This document shows positions 29,263 to 40,516 of a DNA stretch of 64,000 nt, in pieces. The notes beneath the pieces are model-generated. The model was not told where the DNA came from, ran no database searches, and worked only from the letters and a program-made list of their open reading frames with translations. A program made the position numbers and the translations under genes. Positions within the stretch are counted from its first letter, which is position 1, and every line of letters begins with the position of its first letter. Source of the stretch: Obrimoposthia wandeli (taxonomy: Eukaryota). Where the stretch lies: contig CDROCS010002724.1 in NCBI GenBank assembly GCA_977020255.1, positions 1 to 64,000 of the forward strand, written 5' to 3'.

Positions 29263-29925
29263 ATGAACAAAATTAACTTACAACAAACATTAATCCCATT
29301 AATTACCCTTACAATCATCTGCTTTTTATGGTTTGGACCAATACATATAAGTTATATAGAAAACATCATTATTTCTATATTAATCATTATAGCAAATTAT
29401 ATAGAATACAAAGGAAAACCATTTTCAGTACTTGGATTTCAACGTGAAAAATTCACATTCAAAAACATCTTCGTATTTGCTCCATTAGTTGCATTAGTAC
29501 TCTTTGCTTTTTATGTCTTTGCATTGGTTCCTGTGATTACAAAACTCACAGGAGCTCCTATAGATTATTCAAGTTTTGATCAATTGAAAGGAAATCTTCC
29601 TGCTTGTTTAATTGGTTTATTATTAGTGTGGAGTGCTACGGCATTTGGAGAAGAAATTATCTTTCGCGGTTATTTTATGAGACAATTTGTAAAATTATTT
29701 GGAGAAAGTAAAGTCAGCATTATACTTAATATTATCCTATTTTCTTGGTTCTTTGGTTTTATGCATAGTCAACAAGGAATTACAGGGCAACTAGTTACAG
29801 GAATTGTAGGAGCACTTTTAGCCCTGATATTCTACTTGCGTAAATACGATTTATGGTTTATTATTGCTGTACATGGTTTTTTTGATACCATTGCTTTAAT
29901 CTGTATTTACTTTGGTTTAGCTTAA
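29263..29925 (+). CDS. CPBP (Abi/CAAX-type) intramembrane metalloprotease
   Basis: FGEEIIFRGY, FGFMH, AVHGFFD. Confidence 0.9.
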   Translation: MNKINLQQTLIPLITLTIICFLWFGPIHISYIENIIISILIIIANYIEYKGKPFSVLGFQREKFTFKNIFVFAPLVALVLFAFYVFALVPVITKLTGAPIDYSSFDQLKGNLPACLIGLLLVWSATAFGEEIIFRGYFMRQFVKLFGESKVSIILNIILFSWFFGFMHSQQGITGQLVTGIVGALLALIFYLRKYDLWFIIAVHGFFDTIALICIYFGLA

Positions 29926-30318
29926 TGAGAGCAGGTAATAACACTTACTCCTTGAATTCAACTAATAAATATACATTTTTGTAAAGTTTCGTGTTAAATA
30001 AACACAAAACTAGGACTGATAACAATGACAATAATTAATACGCCTTTTATACTTAATCTAAAGTTTAGTGTATTTTTATAAAGTCCTCCAAATATTTGGA
30101 TATTATTTTAGGATACAGAAATTAAAAAAATTTAAAATTCTGGATAAATATTAATAGAAACCTTAGCCACAACTTACTTTAACTATTTCTTCTTAAATAT
30201 AATAGTTTACCTAAACTACATTTAAAGATTAATCACGAAACAAAAATTGCTTGCTCAATCTTATTTTAAAAAATTTAGCAAGCAATCAATGTCGTAAAAT
30301 AAGTCTTTATAAAATTAC

Positions 30319-30543
30319 CTACTCTAAACCTTCCATTTCTTTATCGTAAAACTCTCCTGCTTTATCCATTAAAACAGCTAATTCGGTGGTAATATCTTCT
30401 TCTGTTTCTCCTGTTAAATCCTCAAACCATTCTACTTCATCATCTTTTAAATTGATTAAAAAACGTGGAAATTCTGTATGCAACACAAAAATATCTTCTG
30501 GATGATTGCTATTATCTGCTAATAAAAATTTAGGTAAGTTCAT
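30319..30543 (-). CDS. Conserved small acidic hypothetical protein
   Basis: MNLPKFLLADNS...FVLHTEFPRF; followed by a hairpin at 30246..30286. Confidence 0.75.
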   Translation of the reverse strand: MNLPKFLLADNSNHPEDIFVLHTEFPRFLINLKDDEVEWFEDLTGETEEDITTELAVLMDKAGEFYDKEMEGLE

Positions 30544-30564
30544 AAAAAACGTATTATTTATATT

Positions 30565-31956
30565 TTATTTATCCCCAACAACTGGGTTTGTTTCAATCAA
30601 TTTTAAAGTTAATCTATTAAATCTAATAAAAAGTAAAATAGATGCTGTTGTTAAACCTGCCAATAAGCCTAACCAAATACCAAAACTACCATAAGTTTCT
30701 TCAGTTCCTAAAAAATAACTGATAGGAAAACCTACAACCCAATACGATATAAAAGTAATTATTGTTGGTATTTTAACGTCTTGTAATCCTCTTAACGCAC
30801 CTAATATTACAACTTGAATACTATCTGATATTTGAAAAATAGCTGCAGCTATTAATAAATTTGCTGCAATTTTCATTACTTCCATATTATCCGCATAGTT
30901 TTCAGCATCACTTAAATCTACATATAAATTAGGCAGCGATTTGTGAAATAGGTAAAATATGGTTGCGAATCCTATTGCTAATATTATCCCTAATAAAAAG
31001 ATAGAAAAAGCAATTCTTCTAAGATCTATAAAGTTTTTTAATCCTTTTTGATTTCCTACTCTAATCATAGAGGCAACTCCTAATCCCATAGCCACCATAA
31101 ATGTCATTGAAGATAAATTTAAAGCTATTTGATTTGCCGCTTGTGCATTTTTCCCTAACAATCCGCTTAACCAGATAGCTGCCGTAAAAATAGCTACTTC
31201 AAAAAACATTTGCATAGCACTTGGTGCTCCTAAGTTTATTATTTTACGAAGCATTAATTTATCGAGTACAAATAATTTAATATTTGTTACTAATAGCTTC
31301 GAGCGTTCTTTTCTTTTTAAAATCCACCAAAGGTGAAATACCATTACGAATCTAGATAATAATGTTCCGTATGCAGCACCTACAATTCCCATTTCTGGAA
31401 AGCCAAATTTCCCAAAAATCAACAAATAATTTAAAATTACATTTAAAACATTCGCTAATATTGTAGAATACATTGGGTAACGTGTCATCGATAAACCGTC
31501 ACTAAATTGTTTAAATGCCTGAAAAACAATCATCGGAATTAAAGAAAAAGCAACCAAATCTAAATATGGAATCGCTAATTCAACAACTTCTACAGGCTGC
31601 TTCATTAAATACATTAAGGGTTTCGATAAGAAAACCAATAGAAACATTAAAATACCTATAGTGGTACATAAAAACAAACCGTGTTTGAAGGTAGATTTTG
31701 CTTCTTTAAAATTGTTAGAAGAATCTGCTTCGGCAATTAATGGTGTAATTGCTGTAGAAAACCCGATTCCTAAAGACATGGCAATAAACATAAAACTGTT
31801 TCCTAAAGAAACAGCTGCTAACTCGGCCGTTCCTAATTGCCCTACCATAATATTATCTACAAAACTTACGAAAGTGTGCCCTAACATTCCTAACATTACT
31901 GGGGCTGCAAGTTTCCAATTGTATTTAAATTCTGATGTGTATTGTTGTAAGTTCAA
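30565..31956 (-). CDS. MATE family efflux transporter
   Basis: LAAPVMLGMLG, DNIMVGQLG, GALRGLQD; about 12 TM. Confidence 0.93.
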   Translation of the reverse strand: MNLQQYTSEFKYNWKLAAPVMLGMLGHTFVSFVDNIMVGQLGTAELAAVSLGNSFMFIAMSLGIGFSTAITPLIAEADSSNNFKEAKSTFKHGLFLCTTIGILMFLLVFLSKPLMYLMKQPVEVVELAIPYLDLVAFSLIPMIVFQAFKQFSDGLSMTRYPMYSTILANVLNVILNYLLIFGKFGFPEMGIVGAAYGTLLSRFVMVFHLWWILKRKERSKLLVTNIKLFVLDKLMLRKIINLGAPSAMQMFFEVAIFTAAIWLSGLLGKNAQAANQIALNLSSMTFMVAMGLGVASMIRVGNQKGLKNFIDLRRIAFSIFLLGIILAIGFATIFYLFHKSLPNLYVDLSDAENYADNMEVMKIAANLLIAAAIFQISDSIQVVILGALRGLQDVKIPTIITFISYWVVGFPISYFLGTEETYGSFGIWLGLLAGLTTASILLFIRFNRLTLKLIETNPVVGDK

Positions 31957-32069
31957 AAGGTATTGTATTTCAAAACGCGAAGATAACTTTTTTAACAGTC
32001 CGCTATCTTTATCTTCTTCATTTTTTAATTAATTTAATTACCTTTGATTTTTATAAAAACAAACAGAAA

Positions 32070-32567
32070 ATGGCGACAATAACACTTAAAGGGAATTCAA
32101 TAAACACAATAGGTAATTTACCAGAAAACGGTAGTAAAGCAACTGATTTTTCTTTAGTTGCAACCGATTTATCAATTAAAAAATTAGCTGATTTTTCAGG
32201 GAGCAGATTAATTTTAAATATTTTTCCTAGTGTAGATACTGGTACATGTGCTGCATCTGTTAGAGAATTCAATAAAAAGGTTGCAGGTTTAGATAATACA
32301 AAAGTTTTATGTATTTCTAGAGATTTACCGTTTGCACAAGGTCGTTTTTGTGGCGCTGAAGGAATTGAAAATGTAATTATGCTTTCTGATTTTACTACTG
32401 GAAAATTCGGTAAAGATTATGGTTTAGAAATTACAAATGGTCCTTTAGCTAACTTACACTCTCGTTGTATTGTTATAATTAACGAAGAAGGAAACGTTGT
32501 ATATACAGAACAAGTAAGTGAGGTTGTTGATGAACCAAATTACGAAACAGCTTTAAAAGCTTTATAA
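32070..32567 (+). CDS. tpx: Thiol peroxidase (Tpx-type peroxiredoxin)
   Basis: FPSVDTGTC, SRDLPFAQGRFC; ATG 32070 preferred over 31935. Confidence 0.95.
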   Translation: MATITLKGNSINTIGNLPENGSKATDFSLVATDLSIKKLADFSGSRLILNIFPSVDTGTCAASVREFNKKVAGLDNTKVLCISRDLPFAQGRFCGAEGIENVIMLSDFTTGKFGKDYGLEITNGPLANLHSRCIVIINEEGNVVYTEQVSEVVDEPNYETALKAL

Positions 32568-32573
32568 TATTTT

Positions 32574-32954
32574 ATGAAAAATCCGAATGATGGTTTTATT
32601 AAAGGAAGGTTGCGTAGTATGACCTTTGCTTTAAAAGGAATGTGCTTATTAATAACTACTGAAGATAGTATTAAAGCACAACTTTTTTTTGGCTTTATTG
32701 CTACTGTTTTAGGTTTCTGTTTTAATATTTCTATGAATGAATGGATGCTTCAAACTTTAGTTATCGGAATGGTTTTAGTTGCGGAAGCATTAAATACTGC
32801 TGTGGAAAAGGTGGCTGATTTTATACATCCAGATTATCATGAAAAAATAGGTTTTATAAAAGATATTGCAGCTGGCGCACCCGCTTTTGCTGCCTTTACC
32901 TCTTTGATTATTGCAGGTATAATTTATCTTCCTAAAATAATAGCTATCTTGTAA
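32574..32954 (+). CDS. dgkA: Diacylglycerol kinase (DgkA family)
   Basis: EALNTAVEKVAD, KDIAAGA. Confidence 0.9.
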   Translation: MKNPNDGFIKGRLRSMTFALKGMCLLITTEDSIKAQLFFGFIATVLGFCFNISMNEWMLQTLVIGMVLVAEALNTAVEKVADFIHPDYHEKIGFIKDIAAGAPAFAAFTSLIIAGIIYLPKIIAIL

Positions 32955-32981
32955 CGTTCAATTTATTTCTAACACAAATAC

Positions 32982-35402
32982 ATGGCAAAAAAAAAGACAA
33001 CCGCTCAAAAGAAACAACCTAGTAATAGTTCTTTTAAAAAGATTTCTTCTTTTCTTTCGAATAAGCATAATCAAACTATTTTAGGCGCCTTTTTAGTGCT
33101 TTTTTCAATATTTTTAACTGTTGCGTTTATCTCTTTTTTCTTCTCATGGCAAGAAGACCAGAGTGCTTTATCGCAGTTCTCAAACAAAACTATTCCTACT
33201 AAAAACCTATTAGGTAAAATTGGTGCTAAGTTAAGCAACTTTTTTATCTACAAAGGCTTTGGTTTAGGTGCTTTTGTTATACCTGTTACGCTATTTTTAA
33301 CGGGAGCAAGAATTTTACTGCAAACAAATTTAAAAAGAATCATAATTTCATGGAACTGGGGTTTATTAATAATGCTTTGGTTATCTATTTCATTAGGATT
33401 TGTTGAAAAAAAGAATGCCCTTTTATCTGGTATTATTGGTTTTGAATTAAATGAATACTTGCAAACATTTTTAGGAAAAACAGGATTAATTATTTTATTG
33501 TTTTTCTTTTTGATTGCTTATTTAATTATTCGTTTTAGTATTACTCCAGAGAAAATTAGCGAGAAAGTAAAAACTGCTAAAGAAAACAAGATAACAGATA
33601 CTACCGTTGTTACTGAAGAAATTATTGCTGCAACTATTAAAGAAAAGGATTCGGAACCAAAATCTGGATTCGAATTATCAGTAGAAAATTTACAACCTAC
33701 AATTTCAAAACATTCTGAAGTAAAAACGCCTACGCAACCAAAAGAGAAAGAAATTACTTTAAATGTAGCTTTAAAAAACGAACCTTCAGTAAAAGTATCC
33801 GAAGAAACAAAAAAAGAGATTGAAATTGCTATTGAACAAAATTCTGAAGAAAAAAGTGTTGCTGAAAACTTATCTGATAAATTAGTTAAAGATTTTGGTG
33901 AATTTGATCCTACGTTAGATTTAGGAAACTTCAAATTTCCAACCTTTAATTTATTAAAAGAATATAACGAAACCATTTCTATAGATCCGGAAGAACTTGA
34001 GGCTAACAAAAACCGAATTGTAGAAACACTTAAGAACTATAAAATTGGTATTGCTCAAATTAAAGCAACTGTAGGGCCAACAATTACATTGTATGAAATT
34101 GTTCCTGAAGCCGGTATTCGAATTTCAAAAATAAAAAATTTAGAAGATGATATTGCCTTATCTCTTTCTGCCTTAGGTATTCGTATCATCGCGCCTATTC
34201 CTGGTAAAGGAACTATTGGTATTGAGGTTCCGAATAAAAAATCGACCATTGTTTCTATGCATTCTGTTATTTCATCAAAGAAATTTCAAGAATCTCAAAT
34301 GGAGTTACCAATTGCTTTAGGTAAAACAATATCCAACGAAACGTTTGTTGTTGATTTAGCAAAAATGCCTCACTTATTAATGGCAGGTGCAACGGGACAA
34401 GGAAAGTCAGTTGGTTTAAATGCTGTTTTAACTTCTTTATTGTACAAAAAACACCCTGCAGAGGTTAAATTTGTTTTAGTAGATCCGAAGAAAGTAGAAT
34501 TGACATTGTTTAATAAAATTGAACGTCATTATTTGGCAAAATTACCAGATAGTGAAGATGCAATTATTACAGATACTGCCAAAGTTGTAAACACCTTGAA
34601 TTCTTTATGTATAGAGATGGATAACCGTTACGACTTGCTTAAAGATGCAATGGTACGTAATATTAAAGAATACAATGCCAAGTTTAAAGCGCGGAAGTTA
34701 AATCCTGAAAATGGTCATAAATTCTTACCTTATATTGTTTTGGTAATTGATGAATTTGCAGATTTAATTATGACTGCTGGTAAGGAAGTAGAAACACCAA
34801 TTGCTCGTTTGGCGCAATTAGCACGTGCCATCGGAATTCACTTAATCGTAGCTACACAAAGACCTTCTGTAAATGTAATTACAGGTATTATTAAAGCAAA
34901 TTTCCCTGCAAGAATAGCCTTTAGAGTAACTTCTAAAATAGATTCTAGAACAATTTTAGATGCAGGTGGAGCAGATCAATTAATTGGTCGTGGAGATTTA
35001 TTATATACCGCAGGAAATGATTTAAATAGAATTCAGTGTGCTTTTGTAGATACGCCTGAAGTTGAAAAAATAACAGATTTTATTGGTTCTCAACGTGCAT
35101 ATCCCGATGCTTATTTATTACCCGAATATGTAGGTGAAGAAGGTGGCACAAATGTTGATATAGACATTGCGGACAGAGATAAATTGTTTAAAAGTGCTGC
35201 TGAAGTTATTGTTACAGCACAACAAGGTTCAGCATCTTTATTACAGCGTAAATTAAAGTTAGGGTACAATAGAGCCGGTAGAATAATAGATCAATTAGAA
35301 GCTGCTGGTATTGTAGGACCTTTTGAAGGTAGTAAAGCTAGGCAAGTTTTAGTTCCTGATTTTGTTGCTTTAGAACAATTATTAGAAAACGAAAAAAAAT
35401 AA
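32982..35402 (+). CDS. ftsK: DNA translocase FtsK
   Basis: N-terminal TMs, GATGQGKS, IDEFADL, ATQRPS, gamma domain GYNRAGRIID. Confidence 0.97.
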   Translation: MAKKKTTAQKKQPSNSSFKKISSFLSNKHNQTILGAFLVLFSIFLTVAFISFFFSWQEDQSALSQFSNKTIPTKNLLGKIGAKLSNFFIYKGFGLGAFVIPVTLFLTGARILLQTNLKRIIISWNWGLLIMLWLSISLGFVEKKNALLSGIIGFELNEYLQTFLGKTGLIILLFFFLIAYLIIRFSITPEKISEKVKTAKENKITDTTVVTEEIIAATIKEKDSEPKSGFELSVENLQPTISKHSEVKTPTQPKEKEITLNVALKNEPSVKVSEETKKEIEIAIEQNSEEKSVAENLSDKLVKDFGEFDPTLDLGNFKFPTFNLLKEYNETISIDPEELEANKNRIVETLKNYKIGIAQIKATVGPTITLYEIVPEAGIRISKIKNLEDDIALSLSALGIRIIAPIPGKGTIGIEVPNKKSTIVSMHSVISSKKFQESQMELPIALGKTISNETFVVDLAKMPHLLMAGATGQGKSVGLNAVLTSLLYKKHPAEVKFVLVDPKKVELTLFNKIERHYLAKLPDSEDAIITDTAKVVNTLNSLCIEMDNRYDLLKDAMVRNIKEYNAKFKARKLNPENGHKFLPYIVLVIDEFADLIMTAGKEVETPIARLAQLARAIGIHLIVATQRPSVNVITGIIKANFPARIAFRVTSKIDSRTILDAGGADQLIGRGDLLYTAGNDLNRIQCAFVDTPEVEKITDFIGSQRAYPDAYLLPEYVGEEGGTNVDIDIADRDKLFKSAAEVIVTAQQGSASLLQRKLKLGYNRAGRIIDQLEAAGIVGPFEGSKARQVLVPDFVALEQLLENEKK

Positions 35403-35443
35403 TAGTTATAAAAACATTCCGGTAACGGAAAAAAAAATATAAA

Positions 35444-36097
35444 ATGAGAAAACTAGCATTATTATTTATTGGATTATTTATTAGTGTAACCACCATTGGT
35501 CAAAACACTTCTTCTCAAGCTAAACAATTATTAGATGAAGTTTCTAGTAAAATGGGCGCTTATAATAATATGATTATTGGTTTCAACTCTTCTTTAATCA
35601 ATAGAGAAGCAGGTATTACTAACGACCCTCCAATACGAGGAGAGATAACTCTTTCTGGTGAAAAATACAACTTAGATTATTTAGGAAACAATTTCGTTTT
35701 TGATGGTAAAAAACTAGTTGTAATTAATCAAGAAGAAAAAGAAGTAAATATTTCAAACGGAAACCTAGAAGAGGAAGATGGTTTTATTTATCCATCTAAA
35801 CTATTAACTTTTTACAAAGAAGGATATAGTTACGCTATGGGAAAACTTAATAATAGTAATGGTCGAAAAATCCAATTTATTAACTTAACACCTATTGATA
35901 GTAATTCTGACATTATTAAAGTTCAGTTAGCTATTGATGCCAAAACAAAGCACATATATAAATTAGTACAAATAGGGTCTAACGGAGCAGAGACAACTTT
36001 TACAATAACAAAATTTAAGAGTAATCAACCTATTTCTAAAAACTTATTTTCTTTTGATAAAGAAAAGTACCTAAAACAAGGATACTTTATCGATTAA
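35444..36097 (+). CDS. lolA: Outer-membrane lipoprotein carrier LolA
   Basis: Signal peptide, LolA-like pattern, directly downstream of ftsK. Confidence 0.8.
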   Translation: MRKLALLFIGLFISVTTIGQNTSSQAKQLLDEVSSKMGAYNNMIIGFNSSLINREAGITNDPPIRGEITLSGEKYNLDYLGNNFVFDGKKLVVINQEEKEVNISNGNLEEEDGFIYPSKLLTFYKEGYSYAMGKLNNSNGRKIQFINLTPIDSNSDIIKVQLAIDAKTKHIYKLVQIGSNGAETTFTITKFKSNQPISKNLFSFDKEKYLKQGYFID

Positions 36098-36186
36098 ATT
36101 TCAAAATACAAGTTTTGTTAATAACACTAAAAATCATTAACAAAACTTTTATTTTTTTATCCACCTAACCTACTACCTTTGTTTCT

Positions 36187-37635
36187 GTGAAAACATTAGA
36201 CAAATATATTTTAAAAAGCTTCTTACAGCCTTTTTTCGCAACATTCTTAATCATACTATTCGTTTTAGTAATGCAAGTACTATGGCTTGCTTTTGATAGT
36301 TTTGCTGGTAAAGGAATCAGCCTTGTTATTATCTTAAAATTTCTTTGGTATACCATGCTTCTTATGGCGCCACAGGCTTTACCGATTGGAGTTTTACTTT
36401 CTTCAATCATGACTTTAGGAGGTTTATCTGAAAATTATGAATTTGCAGCAACAAAATCTGCTGGTATTTCACTGCCAAGAATGGTTCGTCCTTTAATTAT
36501 TTTAACAATTATTTTAAGTGCTGTAAACTTTGTTTTTTTAAATAATGTATACCCGTACGCAATGTTAAAACAGTTAAACATGAAGGTTAACATCAAAAAG
36601 AAACAACCATCAATTGCCTTAGTTGCAGGAAGTTTTAATACAGAGTTACCTAATTTTCAAATTAAGTTTGATGAAAAATACGGTGAAGAAAACAATCTTC
36701 TTAAAAAAGTTATTATTTACGATCTTTCTGACAAAAAAGGAAACAATAAAATTATAACTGCTAAAAAAGGAAAAATAATTTCTGATGAAGGTAGTCGATA
36801 TATGACTTTAATCTTAGAAGATGGTTATTATTTTGAACATCATATAAAAAATGGAGCGCCTATTAAAGAGAAACAAAAAATGCCTGCTTCTCACGCTTAT
36901 TTTGATGAATACACTATTAACATTGACATTTCTTCTTTAAGTGGTGATGATTTAGAAAAAGAAAGGTATAAAACACAATACAATATGTTGAGTTTAAATC
37001 AACTTAAGGATACGATACCTGTAATGAAGAAAAATTATGATGATCATATTTCTAGCAGAGCAAGAAACTTATTTTTAAGTATTGATGTAGACGATTTATA
37101 TTCATATCCCGATTCTATAATAAATAAAGAGCTTTCATTAAATACTCTTGAAAATTTTAACCCAAGAGAAGTAAAAATTATTTTAAGTAGCTCGGTTTCT
37201 AAAATTGAACGTACTTTAAATAATATCAAATCATATAAAGAAACTATTAAGAGAAAACGAAAATATCTGAATTTATATGATATCGAATTTTATAACAGAG
37301 TTGCTTTTTCACTATCTTGTTTATTACTTTTCTTTATAGGCGCACCACTAGGCTCAATAATAAGAAAAGGGGGAATGGGTTTACCTATGATTCTTGCAAT
37401 AGCGGTCTATGTACTCTATTTTTTTACCAACACTTTTGGGCGGAATTTAGCAGAAGAAAGCTCGGTTACAGCTATTTTTGGTTCTTGGCTAAGTGTATTT
37501 TTAATGCTACCTTTGGCTATAACATTAACTATTAGAGCTAGTAAAGACAAAGGTTTATTCGATTTTAAAAGTTTTTTCATCTCAATTATCAACACATTTA
37601 AAAACATATTCTCTAAAAAAGAGAAAACAACATAA
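36187..37635 (+). CDS. LptF/LptG family LPS export permease
   Basis: LDKYILKSF, ENYEFAATKSAGISL, IGAPLGSIIRKGG; GTG start. Confidence 0.92.
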   Translation: MKTLDKYILKSFLQPFFATFLIILFVLVMQVLWLAFDSFAGKGISLVIILKFLWYTMLLMAPQALPIGVLLSSIMTLGGLSENYEFAATKSAGISLPRMVRPLIILTIILSAVNFVFLNNVYPYAMLKQLNMKVNIKKKQPSIALVAGSFNTELPNFQIKFDEKYGEENNLLKKVIIYDLSDKKGNNKIITAKKGKIISDEGSRYMTLILEDGYYFEHHIKNGAPIKEKQKMPASHAYFDEYTINIDISSLSGDDLEKERYKTQYNMLSLNQLKDTIPVMKKNYDDHISSRARNLFLSIDVDDLYSYPDSIINKELSLNTLENFNPREVKIILSSSVSKIERTLNNIKSYKETIKRKRKYLNLYDIEFYNRVAFSLSCLLLFFIGAPLGSIIRKGGMGLPMILAIAVYVLYFFTNTFGRNLAEESSVTAIFGSWLSVFLMLPLAITLTIRASKDKGLFDFKSFFISIINTFKNIFSKKEKTT

Positions 37636-37637
37636 CA

Positions 37638-38780
37638 ATGGCAACACAAACAGCAACTAAAGTTCAATTAAATACTATTGAAGAGGCTATACAAGACATT
37701 AAAGACGGAAAAGTTATAATTGTTGTAGATGATGAAGATCGCGAGAATGAAGGCGATTTTTTAGCTGCTGCAGAAAAAGCAACTCCAGAGATGGTTAACT
37801 TTATGGCAACACATGGTAGAGGTTTAATATGTACTCCCCTTACCGAAGATCGCTGTAAAGAACTAGAGTTAAATATGATGGTTCATAATAATACGGACCC
37901 TATGGAAACTGCTTTTACTGTTTCTGTTGATTTAAGAGGAAAAGGTGTTACTACAGGTATTTCTGCTGCTGATAGATCAAAAACAATTCAAGCATTGGTT
38001 GATTCAGAAACAAAACCTTTTGATCTTGCACGTCCTGGTCATATTTTTCCTTTAAAAGCTAAAAACGGAGGCGTTTTAAGAAGAACTGGTCACACAGAAG
38101 CGGCTATTGATTTTGCACGTTTAGCAGGCTTAAAACCTGCAGGTGTTATTGTAGAAATCATGAACGAAGATGGTACCATGGCTCGTTTACCTCAATTACT
38201 AAAAGTTGCAAAGAAGTTCGACCTTAAAATTGTTTCTATTGAAGATTTAGTGGCATATAGAATGGAACATGATTCTTTAATTGAAAAGAAAGAAGATTTT
38301 AATATTGAAACTCGTTTTGGTGATTTTCGCTTAAGAGCTTATCAACAAACTACAAATAAACAAATCCATATCGCTTTAACTAAAGGCAATTGGACAAAAG
38401 ATGATGCTGTTTTAACTCGAATTAATTCAACTTTAATTAACAATGATATTCTTGGGACTTTAACCAACAACGCTGACAAAAAACTAGATCAAATGTTTAA
38501 TGTCATTAATGAAGAAGGTAAAGGTGCTATTGTTTTTATCAATCAAGAAAATCAAGCTTTAAACTTATTAAACCGTTTACGTGGATTAAAAGATAACCAA
38601 GCAAACGGAGAAATGAAGGCTCCGAATGTGGTGATGGATAATAAAGATTTTGGTATTGGAGCACAAATATTACACGATTTACACTTACATAAATTGCGTT
38701 TAGTTTCTAACACAAAACAAACCAAACGTGTTGGTATGATTGGTTACGGATTAGAAATTGTAGACTACGTAAATTATTAA
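37638..38780 (+). CDS. ribB: 3,4-dihydroxy-2-butanone-4-phosphate synthase with GTP cyclohydrolase II-like C-terminal domain
   Basis: [26 protein letters not shown]. Confidence 0.93.
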   Translation: MATQTATKVQLNTIEEAIQDIKDGKVIIVVDDEDRENEGDFLAAAEKATPEMVNFMATHGRGLICTPLTEDRCKELELNMMVHNNTDPMETAFTVSVDLRGKGVTTGISAADRSKTIQALVDSETKPFDLARPGHIFPLKAKNGGVLRRTGHTEAAIDFARLAGLKPAGVIVEIMNEDGTMARLPQLLKVAKKFDLKIVSIEDLVAYRMEHDSLIEKKEDFNIETRFGDFRLRAYQQTTNKQIHIALTKGNWTKDDAVLTRINSTLINNDILGTLTNNADKKLDQMFNVINEEGKGAIVFINQENQALNLLNRLRGLKDNQANGEMKAPNVVMDNKDFGIGAQILHDLHLHKLRLVSNTKQTKRVGMIGYGLEIVDYVNY

Positions 38781-38799
38781 AACATACATTTGATAAAAT

Positions 38800-38829
38800 A
38801 AAAAAGGAAGCGATATCGCTTCCTTTTTT
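38800..38829. terminator. Bidirectional terminator
   Basis: Perfect palindrome A6-GGAAGCGATATCGCTTCC-T6. Confidence 0.9.
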
Positions 38830-38849
38830 TATGCTATAAATCTTACTAA

Positions 38850-39791
38850 TTATAAATTAGCTACTGCTAATTTAACTTCATCATATTCTTTTACAATATC
38901 TTCAAGAACTTCTTTAGCTGATTTTATTTCATTTATAATTCCTGCTATTTGTCCAATTTCAAGCTCACCGTCCTCTAAATCACCTTCAAACATTCCTTTT
39001 TTAGCTCTTGCACGGCCTAACAGCTCTTTAATTTGTGCTGTGGATGGATGCTTTTGATATAACTCTTGTACTTCATTATAGAATTTGTTTTTCACCAAAC
39101 GAACTGGTGCCAATTCTTTTAAAGTTAATTGCGTTCCACCATCTTTAACAGCTACAATTGTTTTCTTAAAGTTATCGTGTGCAGAAGACTCTATAGTTGC
39201 CGCAAAACGACTACCTATTTGTACGCCGTCTGCTCCTAAAACCATCGCTGCTAACATTCCTCTACCCGATCCTATTCCACCTGCAGAAATCACAGGTATT
39301 TTAATCTCTTGCTTTACCATTGGTATTAAAGTAAGCGTAGTGGTTTCTTCGCGTCCGTTATGTCCACCAGCTTCAAAACCTTCACAAACCACAGCATCTA
39401 CTCCTGCTGCTTCTGCTTTTAAAGCAAACTTTACCGAACTAACAACATGTACAACCGTAATTCCTTTTTCTTTTAAATAAGAAGTCCACGTTTTAGGATT
39501 TCCTGCGGATGTAAAAACGATTTTAATACCTTCTTCTATAATGATTTCCATGATTTTTTCAATATCCGGATATAACATTGGTACGTTTACTCCAAATGGT
39601 TTATCAGTTGCTTTTTTGCATTTTTGAATATGCTCACGTAAAACATCAGGATACATAGATCCTGCTCCGATTAAACCTAAACCACCTGCGTTAGAAACTG
39701 CTGATGCTAGTTTCCATCCAGAAACCCAAATCATTCCACCTTGAATAATTGGATATTTTATATTAAAAAGTTGTGTGATTTTATTTTGCAA
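38850..39791 (-). CDS. Nitronate monooxygenase / FabK-like flavin oxidoreductase
   Basis: PIIQGGM, EGFEAGGH, GADGVQIGSRF; TTG start. Confidence 0.9.
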   Translation of the reverse strand: MQNKITQLFNIKYPIIQGGMIWVSGWKLASAVSNAGGLGLIGAGSMYPDVLREHIQKCKKATDKPFGVNVPMLYPDIEKIMEIIIEEGIKIVFTSAGNPKTWTSYLKEKGITVVHVVSSVKFALKAEAAGVDAVVCEGFEAGGHNGREETTTLTLIPMVKQEIKIPVISAGGIGSGRGMLAAMVLGADGVQIGSRFAATIESSAHDNFKKTIVAVKDGGTQLTLKELAPVRLVKNKFYNEVQELYQKHPSTAQIKELLGRARAKKGMFEGDLEDGELEIGQIAGIINEIKSAKEVLEDIVKEYDEVKLAVANL

Positions 39792-39804
39792 AATTAACTT
39801 CTGT

Positions 39805-40516
39805 TCAGATTATAAAAAAGTCTTGAATTCTTTTATCGTATTGTTCTTTTAACTTTGGAACTATATGAACTTTATTAATTCTTCCACTATCAGTTATCTG
39901 AATTTTTACTAGAAAATTAGTTTTTAAACCTTCTTCCTCTAATCCTTTTACTAACTCTTTTTTCAGTTTAAGTTTAAATGATTTAAATCCTTTTTTAAAT
40001 TCTGGTTTTCTTGATAATATTAATTCTTCTTTTAGAACTTCTCCATCTTCATCCCATAATTTATAATTTAAAACTTTATCTTTCTTAAATAAAACTCTAG
40101 CTCTTATATTCTTTGCATTATCAAAATACTTCCAAACACTTTCTCTCTTACTGTTTTGAAAAAAACCACTTATTATTTGTTCACCATCATCATTAAAATA
40201 AAAGTAATTCCCTTGCTTTCTTCCTTTTGAGTTATATTTTTGAATTGATTTTAATTTACCTTCCTCATTATATACTTTAAAAACTCCTACTCTAGTTTTT
40301 AATTTACGTTCCTAACCATAATTCTTTTGGTTTCCCATTTGAAAAATAAACTGTTGCTCTCCATAAATCTTTATTCTTTACAATAGTTTGAACATACCAA
40401 GCTTTATCTTTTGATACTTTCTCATACTTTCTTCCTAAATAATTAACAATAGAATCTTTTTGCGAGTATCCTTGAAAACTAAAAAATAAAATAATTAATA
40501 GCAATACTTTTTTCAT
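39805..40516 (-). pseudogene. MORN-variant repeat protein with truncated TonB-C-like domain, frameshifted
   Basis: 5' ORF 40516..40304 with signal peptide; second frame RKLKTRVGVFKVYNEEGKLK...KPEFKKG...IQDFFII* ending at TGA 39807..39805. Confidence 0.7.

Noticed and set aside
29926-30300. ~370-nt AT-rich gap, possible gene remnant
   Set aside because: Only short unrecognisable frames; no motif supports a call
17900-30300. Prophage or integrative element
   Set aside because: No integrase, transposase, att-like repeats or phage genes detected
31935-32069. 45-aa N-terminal extension of Tpx in the ORF track
   Set aside because: Overlaps the divergent MATE start and promoter; ATG 32070 gives the canonical Tpx N-terminus
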